Shown: piece by piece, positions 52,739 through 64,000 of the stretch
Layout: every line of letters starts with the position of its first letter
Position numbering within the stretch: position 1 is the first letter of the stretch
NCBI RefSeq assembly: GCF_006345805.1
Contig: NC_042998.1
Span: 201,066,001 to 201,130,000, forward strand
DNA length: 64,000 nt
Reading direction: 5' to 3'
From: Octopus sinensis
Lineage: Eukaryota
Position numbers and translations under genes: made by a program
Notes under the pieces: model-generated
What the model was told of the DNA's origin: nothing
The model's database searches: none
What the model saw: only the letters and a program-made list of their open reading frames with translations

Positions 52739-53707
52739 TTCTAAAAAGAGGTAGCAGATACCGATTCAAACACTACGAACTTACGCGTGCATGGGAAAGC
52801 CACCCATAATACTGAAAGAATTATTGCCACCATAAAGGAATTGGAAAGTAAGCAGTTAAATACTAACATCATGAATGAAATACATACAGATATAGTAGGG
52901 AAATGTTTGCATGTAATTTGACACCATGACAAAGAGAAAATGTTATCTGTAATATGAATTTATAACACATTCTACTATAGAGGGTAAATGTTAATGGGGT
53001 AACAACCCTGAGGTGACAGACAGTTATTGTCGATATATACATGATCACACTGAAAACACATACGGTGATTATAATAAGATTGAGAAATATGCAAAAATGA
53101 CAAAATCAAAAGCAAATATGTGACGAATGATTCATTCGATGTTCATTCCTGAACATTACAAGTAAATATCAGTAAAACCGAGAACCTGTATTTATATGAC
53201 ATAGAGCGTATCGCGTGGCAAAGTGCATATCTTAAGGATATTACATTGTGATGAAATGAGATTTCGCTTCCCATTTTAGCCAACCAGTCACGATTTATTG
53301 CCGGGCAAAATGTTAATAACTGAATAAAGTAACTCTCACAATATTAGCAACAACAGCCATTATCAATATCAATCATAGGCACACGGACAACAAGAGCAAC
53401 GTCAATAATCATGACGATTTCTTTTATTGCCTCGAGGTTACATTCAGACCTGCTGGAAACGCTGCTTTATGACTGAGTTAACTTAGTGATATACAGACAA
53501 ATATATAAGAAAGATATATATGGGAGAAATATAATGAGAAATGTAGTTTTTAATTATACACGTTAAATAAACAAATATAAATCATATACATACTTGCATA
53601 TATACATCCCCACATATTACACATATCTATACATACGCATATACACACAAACATATGTATAAATATATATGCATATGCATATATATATATATATATAAAT
53701 ATATATA

Positions 53708-53925
53708 GGCGTAGGAGTGGCTGTGAGGTAAGTAGCTTGCTTACCAACCCCATGATTCCGAGTTCAGTCCCACTACGTGGCACCTTGTGCAAGTGTCTTC
53801 TACTATAGAGCTGACGAATGCCTTGTGAGTGAATTTGGTAGACTGAATAAATGAGAAGCCCGTCGTATATATGTGTATATATATATTTTACTTGTTTGCT
53901 GGAGCATCGCCTTTAGTCAAACAAA
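53708..53925 (+). mobile_element. SINE family A, partial/rearranged
   Basis: Head and first half match family A. Confidence 0.8.
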
Positions 53926-53934
53926 TCGATATAT

Positions 53935-54236
53935 ATATCTCACCGTGATCACCGTGAACGACCAGGTTATGAGATGTTGCTACACATCGCTGGTCACAAT
54001 GCGCTTCGCATTGTTTTAGTCTTCAAGTGACTCCACCCCACTGGCTAAGCGAGCAAGCCAACAGAAGAAAGTTGTGGCGAAAGAGTACAGCAGGGATCGG
54101 CACCACCCTCTGCTGGAGCCTCGTGGAGCTTTAGGTGTTTCGCTCTATAAACACTCACAACGCCCGGTCTGGGAATCGAAACCGATATCCTACAACCGCG
54201 AGTCCGCTGCCCTAACCACTGGGCTATTGCGCCTTC
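53935..54236 (-). mobile_element. SINE family C (tail type 2)
   Basis: Same head as 52359, but a different 3' half with the hairpin CAATGCG-aag-CGCATTG (53997-54013). Confidence 0.85.
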
Positions 54237-54490
54237 ACACACACACGCACACACACACACACACATACACACACATATATATATATGTGTGTGTGTGTGC
54301 GTGCGTGTACGCATATATATTCCGGAGTAAGCACATAAATGTCAAACAGGTGGGGAGATGTGTACTCAAATACCAGAGGTAGTGTAATATGCCTTAATGA
54401 AAGAAGCAGAAATATAACGAAAGTTGTTACTGAGTTTCACGTGAAACTCTGAGTAATGGCTTTTGTTATATTTATGCATATATATATATA

Positions 54491-54864
54491 TATTATTTGT
54501 TTCACTCATTTGAGTGCGACCATACTGGAGCACCACATTTAGTTGTGCAAATCGTTCTTTGTAAGCCTGGTACTTATTCTGTTGATCTCTTTTGCCAAAC
54601 CACTAAGTTACAGGGACTTAAACACTCCGGCATCGGTTGTCAAGTAATATTGGGGTGGGGACAAACGCCCACGCACACATACACACACAAACATATTTTT
54701 ACGGAAGGCTTCTTTCAGTTTCTGCTTACCAAATACCCTCACAAGCCTTTGGTCGTCCCGAGGCTAGAGTAAAAGACACCAGCCCAAGATGCCACGTAGT
54801 GGAATTTAACCCAGAACTATGTAGTTGGTAAGCAAGCTACCTACCACACAGCCACTCTTGCGCC
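54491..54864 (-). mobile_element. SINE family A, diverged
   Basis: Reverse complement of family A with many substitutions. Confidence 0.8.
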
Positions 54865-55878
54865 CATAAATACTTATATATATTTTTTATGCATTGATGG
54901 ACCGGCTTCCAAAGGAATAGACAACAATGTGAGACTGCTGAGCACCATTGTGATTAGGATTGCAAAACATTCGTTGATAGGAACACACCCTTTCTTGTCT
55001 TCGTCCTTCACGCCGAATCTTACGGACATCCATCCACAATATGTGCCTTATTACATCTCTGTATCTCCTGTATAATATTTATTACTACCTGTGCAACTGA
55101 TAACTTTCAAAATAATAAGAATAATGTTTCTGCTGAAATGATGAAGAGCTTTTGTAAGGTCAATGAAGACCATGTGCAGACAATTTGTCGACAGATAATT
55201 CGCAGACAGACAATTCCCACAAAGCCTCGGACTTAAAGTCAGTAGGGAAAATGGTACGATCAGGCTTAAAATTCATCACGTGTCCACAATAGTATCAAGA
55301 ATAAGCACGCATACACAGAAGGCAGTGTAGTAATAAAAAAGATATGTTATGGCGAAAGTGCGGATAATTTTTGACTGTCCCTCGTATAAGTGGACTATGT
55401 TCATATCACCCACTTGTTACAAATGACAGTATCCAAAGAAGTACTGCATTCTGTACCAGCATAACAACAAAAGCTACTAGACTTATGTGGCGTACACATA
55501 AGGTCTGCTGATTAGATTCTCGACATGAAAGCCAATACATAGTAGTGGCACATTCGAATACATAAACTGATATTTACTGAGCGTAGTGTTTTCTATTCAT
55601 TTATCATTGAGTATAAATGCTTTAGATAGGAGTTCTGTATACCGCATTTTACCAAGGAGGCAGAGTCTCAGCTCGCAAGTGTCACGGAGTGGAAATTAAG
55701 TGAGGATAGAGAAAAATAAATACAAGTGCGCAGTACCCATTTATATTACTGAAAACAAGTGATGATAGCTGAAGGTAGGTAGATGGTAAGAACACAAGAA
55801 CATAGCTTACATATGGAAAACGGACACATGTGCACGAAAATACGTACATACACACACAAAAACAATACATATATATAT

Positions 55879-55941
<63 letters not shown>

Positions 55942-56076
55942 TATATATATATTTATATATACGTGTAATATATATATATATATATATATATATGCATATA
56001 TGTATGTATATATGTGTGTATGTGTGCATGCTTGAGTGCATGCATGTATGTTTGTATGTATGTATGTATGTATACA

Positions 56077-56290
56077 ACGGCGCATGGTCAAGTGATTACG
56101 ACGCTGCACTCACGCGTGTCAGATCGTGGGTTCGATTCCCGGACGGCACGTCACGTTGTGTTCTCGAGCAAAACACTTTACTTCACGTTACTCCAGTTTA
56201 CTCAACTGTAAATAGTTTTCCGATCGGGGGTTGGGGGATGTTTGCCCGCTCGCCCAGCCACCGCTCTGATATCATTCGACAAACTGAAGA
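56077..56290 (+). mobile_element. Older tRNA-headed SINE with a conserved central domain
   Basis: TGGTCAAGTGA A-like box and GGTTCGATTCCC B box, then GTGTTCTCGAGCAAAACACTTTACTTCACG...CTCAACTGTAAAT, reminiscent of Meta/Nin-type SINE cores. Confidence 0.55.
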
Positions 56291-56865
56291 CGATGTGAAT
56301 CGCATTCTTACTACCGATGCATAACAACATGCACGCACATACACACACACGATAACACACACATACAGATATTACATATGCGTGTTAGCCTGTGTTTACG
56401 CGCGCGTGTGCGTATCTCTAGAAAGATAGATAAAAAATATACAGATAAATATACACACGCACACACAATGAAACAATGAATATGACTAAGATAAAATAGA
56501 TATGAAAGTAGATATTGAGAGAGAAATAAGTGTTTTAGAGCAAGACAAATCAATATAAATGCATTTCCTTTAATGCAGTATAAAGTACAAGATATAGCAA
56601 GACTGCAATACTATGTATGAATGCAAATCTTACTAATTATTTTGCACTAGTCTGCCTTCATATGCAGGGTATGCATAGAGTTAAATATAGATATAAACTG
56701 GATTTCAATAGAATAGTACTAAACGGAAAATAGTGACTGATTTTCAGTATGAATTTGTTTGTCTATATATAAATCCGTATAAGCATGTAACTTGTATACT
56801 TTTATCTATATCCTCCCTCTCTCACATCTCTCTCCCTCTCTCACTATATTTATACATATAAGTAA

Positions 56866-57097
56866 GGCGGCGAGCTGGCAGAACCGTTAGCACGCCGGGC
56901 GAAATTCGTAGCCGTATTCTGTCTGCCGTTATGTTCTGGGTTCAAATCCCGCCGTGGTCGATTTTGCCTTTCATACTTTCGGGGTCAAAAAATTAACTAG
57001 CAGTCACGCACTGGGGTCGATGTAATCGACTTTATCCGTTTGTCTGTCCTTGTTTGCCCCCCTCTGTGTTTAGCCCCTTGTGGGTAGTAAAGAAATA
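56866..57097 (+). mobile_element. SINE family B
   Basis: Full head-to-tail copy. Confidence 0.88.
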
Positions 57098-57699
57098 CAT
57101 ATTTATACATATGTATATATATATACATACATACATACACGAGTATATCTACATGCACGGGCATACATACCAAAATACATATACTCACCTATGGACGGAT
57201 ATACATACGCCCGTGTACATTCTTAGAAGCAGTTTTTGAGCACAACAAATATCTGTGTGTATTTGTGTGAGGTGCATAAGCGTGATATTGCTGAGCTGAT
57301 ACATAACAAAATACAACCCGTTTCATGATTTGGGTGGTTGGTGATTAAATTCGCAACCCGACCGATTTTCTTGCTGATAAGAATGGATTTGAGCATCAGG
57401 CAAAATGGAAAATGAAGCTTTATCAGTAAGCAGGTGATCTCAGATGAATCAATAGCCATCTAATAATGTATAACGCCATTCATTAATTCATTCATATATA
57501 GGTAGGTAGGTAGGTAAGTAGGTAGGTAGGTAGGTATGTATGTATGTATGTATGTATGTATGTATGCATGTAGGTAGGTAGGTAGGTAGGTAGGTTGGTA
57601 GGTTGGTAGGTATGTAGGTATGTAGTACGTACGTAGGTAAGGTAGGTAGGTGACAAGTTTTCCTTTCATTTACACGAGGCATAGCATATTCGAAAAACC

Positions 57700-58560
57700 A
57701 TCATCACCACAGCTTAAAAGTAAGTGGACGTAGCTACTGCAGCTGACAAAATACTGTAATGGTGGGATAGAATTTTTGATGAAGCCTTAAAGTTTGGAAT
57801 GATGCTTTATATTTTCATGTGTATATCACACCAAAGTTTCGAAGATGGATTATGTCATTGGAAGTTTCCTCCAATAAGTTCATGAAATGTTGGTCAATTT
57901 CAACAAGAACTATCAAAAAGTAATGCATATGTTAGCAAGATATCATCTCACCCTTAACTATGTGTAACTGGTAATTATAATGAGACTGATTGTTCTAAAT
58001 TGTGGATCTCATCTTAACCTGAAGATATCTCCTGAATAAAGATCCTCAATGACTTTCTCTTGTCTACGAGCCAGAATCTACTTCCAACCGATATTTTCTA
58101 TTAAAATGATACTCAGGCAAGATATGATTGACGATAGTGTAGTACTTAAAAGTTTGGTCCATCTACTGCGACAGCTGCATCTTCTTGCATCAGGTTGTCT
58201 TAAACTACCTCTACTCATATACACTCCATTCACTCCATTCATAAGACAGGCATTTGTCTTATGAAGAAAGGCTGTACATAACTCGATGTCCCCCTACATG
58301 GCCTTGCTTTTTGTTTTTTGAGCCAAAAAATTAACTTAACTTAACTCATCTATCATCACGCTCCAGGCTAATGACTAAACACAGGCATTTCCTACCAAGA
58401 ACGCCGAACCACTTTCTGCAAATCTTTTATTGCAGTCGCTGATTTGCCACTCTTTAAATAGAATGTAACTATTAAACCGAATGGAAGAGGGCACTGGTGC
58501 TTTCCATATACTTGAATAATTAAAATGACTGAAAGGAGACTGAATTTTTTTCAAAGTGAC
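57700..58560 (-). mobile_element. Decayed L1/Tx1-like RT remnant
   Basis: Degenerate NG....SRG.RQ..C.. and LYSGD (YADD-like) segments in the expected order. Many stops. Confidence 0.35.
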
Positions 58561-58887
58561 TCTGGTAATTAGTCACATTTATTAATAATATATTTATATA
58601 TAAATATATATAAATTTCCGTCTACCAGATCGACTCACACTACTTATTATATATTACTTATTACTTATTATATATTGTTTATTCCTTTTCGTAGTTTTTG
58701 TGATCTAGTTATATGTTTTAAAATCTATTTTGTTTTTTAATTATGATTTGGTTTATGTCCATCATTGTTTGAATTGCATAATAGTGTTTTTTTCTCTAAT
58801 ATATGTATGTTATATTGTATATTATATTGTGAAATTTGATTTAATACTACATTTAATTTTTCCCTTTAAATTTGGAGTTATATTCCC

Positions 58888-58972
<85 letters not shown>

Positions 58973-60429
58973 TATTATTATTATTATTAATATTAATATT
59001 GTACATATATATATTTGAGGTGTTTACAGCTTAGTGGTACATATGGGTTTTAAAAGCTACGTTATTTTTGAACACATCCCAGCTTAACTTTTGTAAAGAT
59101 TGTAAATGTATTTGCAAACTCCATGTATTGTTTGTTTTGAGCATTGTTATTGTCACATACAATCCAATCAAATATACAAAGCTTCCTGTAATTCCGTTTT
59201 TCTAATAATGAAATGTATTCTGGCTCAATATTACTAAGGATGATCTAACATTGACAAACGGAGCTTTTTCCCTTATGTGTTGCAAAAACGGTTGGTGTGT
59301 AGGAATGCAAATTTGACTTGTAATATCTACAAAATCTCCTTTAATTTTCTTCGAAATTTTATATTATTTATTTTATCCCTCGTTTTATTTTTGTTTGTAA
59401 TAAAATTTTGGAAAATATTTTTCATGTTCAATTTTTTCTTTATTTCTCTTAGTGATTCATCTGACAATCGTAATTCCTTCCCAAGTTTCTCAACACAATG
59501 TATAAGGTATAAATATCTCAGATTTTGTTAAGATATCATTGATTCATGCTTTGTTGAAATGTTAAAGTTTAACATTTTTCTGATGAAAAAATATAGGGAA
59601 AAGGAAAATATACTTATATAGGGAGGCAGGCAGTCATGGCTCTGTGGTAAAATGTTTGTTTCACAGCCGAATGATTTCGGGTTCACTCCCACTACTCGGC
59701 ATTTTAGTTATAGATATATTAATTGATGACAACGATATATTATTTCGCTTTGCAAACATAACGTACTACCAAATATATTACAAGTTTAAATGTCAATACC
59801 GTGTCTTACCTGCTGTTAGCAATGTGATGTTTTAAGCTTATTTCACAAGATTTTCTATGCAATTCGGACTCAGAGTTGCAAGTTGCGTTTCGTTAGCGAA
59901 TATGTCTTTGTAAGCAATGCGATGGAGGATAGAAAAATAAATACTGGGTACATAAGCATATTGCAACCGTTACTGATATTTCATGAATGCTAATTCAAAC
60001 CGTCGAATACCCAGGAAGACATCGCATAAACACCCACTAGTTTTAGCGGTGTAAGCAACTAGATAAACCAATCTATATACTAAGCACATGACTGGCAAGC
60101 AGTTCTGAATTCTATTTAAAATATATGGAGAAAAACATAAAATATGTACATATGTACTCTTCCGTTTTTACTTACTTCGTCTAAGGAAGGAGGTGGTTTC
60201 TAACAAACATGCAAAACTTCATCACTGGAAAGCAGATAACAAACACAAATTTACGTTCTAAATTTGATAAAATTCTCGTATATTTTTAACGTCCCAATTA
60301 ATATAATATGCAAATTTAATAGTTGGTTTGCGTTTCTGAGAACTCCGGCGTATCCATGTAAGCATTTACTCACAAAATGGAGTACACTAATTTTTATTGG
60401 TACAAATGTAGATTTATTGTTTGGATACA

Positions 60430-61590
60430 GAAGCTGGAGGTTTGGGACCATCTGTCCACAGTTTTCGTCCTTCTCACTTTCATAGATACTGTCAATTATT
60501 AGTATAGCCTACATTTATGAGGATACACATTTTTCTTGTTTATCTCGAAAACCAATATCCAACCTGTTATGTTTATTCTTAACAGACATTTTGATATGGT
60601 ATGGTCTCCCAACATTCCTTGTATTGATGTTTGTGTATGTATATAATCACACGTGTTCTCTGAGGACAGTCTTTTGTGTGAGGAGCATTGTATATAGTTT
60701 ACGATAATGTTGTGTCGCATAGGGTGATAGTACCTCAATGACATATTTGGGCAGCTGCTAAACACATTTCTGGTTGCATATTGACGCTCCTATGAGTTTG
60801 CTTTCTCTTTCTGATGAGGTACGTAGCAATCACTTGTTATTGGATTACAAATTCATACCCCAAACATGTGACATGATGTAGTGGTCACCAGTCTAAGAGA
60901 AGCTGCAGGAAAACTTCTCTCTCTGGTTGTTTACATAGCACTCCTTCTTGAGGAGATCCCTGTCGACATAAGAATATTGACCTTGACCCCTCCGCTTTCC
61001 AGCACTAAGTGTATGTATTTAATTTTGCTCCTGTTGTTTCGCAAGTGCTTTTTAAGAAAGACTATATGCCATTCGAAAGTTATCTATACGAATCTCAGAC
61101 CTCAACCCTTCGAACAAAGAGGCGGTTTACATCATTATTTATGTGGAAACTTCCAGCTGATGTCAGGATATTGCAGATTTTAACCTCTATGGAGAGGATT
61201 TCCTCTACAGGCCAGTTACATATCTCAAATATGTAATGAAAATGCATTGTAGGACGTTGTCACCTAAAAGGATCGTTCCAACTGACATATATTTCTATGT
61301 GTTGTGTAATATTACTGGGTCTCTGTCTTTATTCACAACAACATCGTATAATATGTTTTTATCAATGTCTAGATATTTGTATGGAACATGAAAGATAGTG
61401 AGACCGTCGATGTACAGGTTTTGTGCCTCGAGGATTGATTTTCCATGTAAAACAATCAAATACGAATATTTGTTTTGGCCAATTTCCATCCTCATGTCTG
61501 CTGAAAATGAGGTTATTAACACCAGCTGTATTTTGGCATCGTTAACATTTTTTAACATATATCTTCTGGTCATATGTCCTTAGGTCATGC
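60430..61590 (-). mobile_element. Decayed L1/Tx1-like ORF2 remnant
   Basis: RSKIKYIHLVLESGGVKV resembles the K.KI....L......GGL motif after the L1/Tx1 RT. Flanking frames are fragmentary. Confidence 0.45.
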
Positions 61591-62275
61591 ACCTTCAGTT
61601 TATGCACGTTGAGGTCGTGTATGTATGTATGTATGTATGTATGTATGTACGTACGTATGTGGGTGTTTAGGTTTTTTATTAAATCATTTTTGAAATCAAT
61701 TTTAGTTTTATTTCCGTCCAAGGAATTTACAAGTTCAGCAGCAGGGACTCATAAAGTACCGGGTTTAAATAATACAACTAGCGTCGATTTCACCGACTAC
61801 AGCTTTTAATCGGTTCCAGCATGTCCGCAGTCCAATGACTGAAACACGTTAACGGTAAAATTCATATACATATATATCCGGAAATTTCCGAATATTCTTC
61901 TTAATTTTTTTCAGTTTGAACACAGGTATGTCAATAAGAAATTGAGATACACAGTATATATATATATATAAAATCGGATGTCATCTCAACTTTTATGTTT
62001 ATGTCGGCGTTATTAAAGTTCCAGTATATGTTAATGGCTTAATTCCTGGAGGACATGATGATAAGGATGTTATCAACATACCTGGAGAAGAAGATGCATG
62101 AGCATTTTTGCGTGCTGTGCATTCAAGCTTATCCATGTACGTGATGGTTAGCAGGCCTGAAAGGGTAGTTATTATTCCATATATATAAAGATAGTTTAAC
62201 AGAAACTGTCCGACGAACTGGAACGTGAAACTCCGAGTAACAGGTTTTATTGAATTTCTGCTGCTTTTAAATAAA

Positions 62276-62312
<37 letters not shown>

Positions 62313-62437
62313 AACGTAAGCACATAAATGCAAGACACGTTGAGTAAAAATTCTACTTGAGTGAACGTGAACGGGATCTTGATACTCTGTGTAGCAGTGT
62401 TTTATGATATTTTTGTGATGTTTTTGTAGCCTTAATA

Positions 62438-62474
<37 letters not shown>

Positions 62475-62816
62475 ACACAAAGTAAGTTAGGGGTTATGAG
62501 TGGAGTTTCAATAATTTATATTATGACTTTATAATTTTATTGTTATCTTATATGTATACATTAATTATAATGTATATATGTATGCTATTGACGTTCTCAT
62601 TTTGTTAAATGAATAAATAATTCAACATTCTGATATCCGAATTAGTTAGAATAATGGGTTAAGTTAGAATATAATATATTTATATGTAAGTAAACATATT
62701 TATAATATATGTATTTACAAAAATTCAGAAAACGAGACTGTGTCAAAATGTAAAAGAACCATGTGTTGAATGGTGGTGATTGGAAAATAAGCGAAACGTG
62801 TGTGTATACATACATG

Positions 62817-62932
<116 letters not shown>

Positions 62933-63102
62933 AACTATACATTAGGGTATTTCGAGATAACACCATGCTGGTATCTCACAGATACCCTGAGGTATAGTTT
63001 AAATAATTATTACCTTTGTATGGTATTTATCCAATGCTGGCCACTAGATAAGATCGATATTGAAATATCGATATTAACCTTATTTATAAATTTATATTTA
63101 TA

Positions 63103-63183
<81 letters not shown>

Positions 63184-63568
63184 GATTAACTGTTGAAGTG
63201 GACGGACGTCTATTTGTTTCTCTCCAAGTCAGTAGCAAGCTACACAGCTTCAAAACTAACTGACCTTAAATATATATATATTTGTAACCACGTGTTTGCC
63301 TACAAACCCGTAAGTACGTTTTCATTTAACTACAAATTGTTATATACACCTGTTTTTCTTTTATATCCTCAAACAACCAAATAATCAAAAACTCACACCC
63401 TTAAGAGAGAACATTTATATATATATACACTTCTTTAACTCCCAAGAAAGAATATATATATTTTCAAAAATCAAAAGGAAAACAAACAAAAGAAAAAAAC
63501 ATGACTGACTTGCAGGCCTGCAACAGACGAAATTGGTCTGATACCGAAATTGATGTTTTAATAAACAC

Positions 63569-64000
63569 ATGGTTCTCTCTTCCCAAACAGAAAATCTAAA
63601 TGTCTTGTGTTTGAATGAGATTGCCGAAAAAACATCACAAGTGGTGAACACACGATCCGTCAAACAGATTCGTAGCAAGCTGAAACATATCGAAGTATCT
63701 TTCAAACTGATAAGAGGCCATTATGAAAAGCTTCTACATATTTTCACAGTTCAAGAACAACAACAGCTAGAAAATCAGCAGCCACAACAAAAACAACAAC
63801 AGAATGAGCCACTCCTGGTTCCCAGCACAATGGCTGACCCTAACATCGGTCAAGCACAACAACAACAACAACAGCCACAGCAACAAGAACAACAACAGCC
63901 ACTCCTCAACTCTAGCTTACTAGATGATTCACTAAATGCCAGTATCTTTTCACCGCTCTCACAGCAACCACCACAATTATCATCATCATCATCACCACCG
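63569..64000 (+). CDS. Open reading frame running off the window end, Gln-rich, product unknown (possibly retroelement ORF1/Gag or a host exon)
   Basis: 144 codons without a stop: MVLSSQTENLNVLCLNEIAEKTSQVVNTRSVKQIRSKLKHIEVSFKLIRGHYEKLLHIFTVQEQQQLENQQPQQ... An in-frame TGA lies at 63551. There is an alternative acceptor, TTCTCTCTTCCCAAACAG|, at ~63590. Confidence 0.5.
   Translation, partial: MVLSSQTENLNVLCLNEIAEKTSQVVNTRSVKQIRSKLKHIEVSFKLIRGHYEKLLHIFTVQEQQQLENQQPQQKQQQNEPLLVPSTMADPNIGQAQQQQQQPQQQEQQQPLLNSSLLDDSLNASIFSPLSQQPPQLSSSSSPP

Noticed and set aside
35019-57097. tRNA-like heads as tRNA genes
   Set aside because: No complete cloverleaf. Each continues into a repeated SINE body.

Overview
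AT-rich, repeat-dominated animal DNA with many (TA)n/(CA)n/(TAGA)n microsatellites. The SINE families and decayed transposases resemble those I recall from Octopus genomes, so the taxon is an inference. Almost every ORF in the supplied track is a microsatellite artefact. The one recognisable host-gene piece is a minus-strand exon (2063-2466) with an IQ motif and coiled coil resembling CEP97. Most of the rest is transposon debris: three tRNA-derived SINE families, Helitron-type non-autonomous elements, mariner and Chapaev3-type DNA transposon remnants, HERO, R4/Dong, L1/Tx1 and L2/CR1-like LINE remnants, and Penelope-like (PLE) fragments. The main finding is at 2629-3840: a ~493-nt tandem repeat (about 2.45 copies) with a complete type I hammerhead ribozyme at both unit junctions. 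It shows G.U-rich plus-strand folding, a 5' boundary 7 nt from the predicted cleavage site, a 42-nt inverted tag and a (TA)n target. This fits a non-LTR retrozyme (ribozyme-containing circRNA retroelement). A second, minimal dimer-type hammerhead lies inside the reading frame of the CEP97-like exon, and a decayed third one is at 26782-26866. All structures were folded by eye, and no database search was possible.
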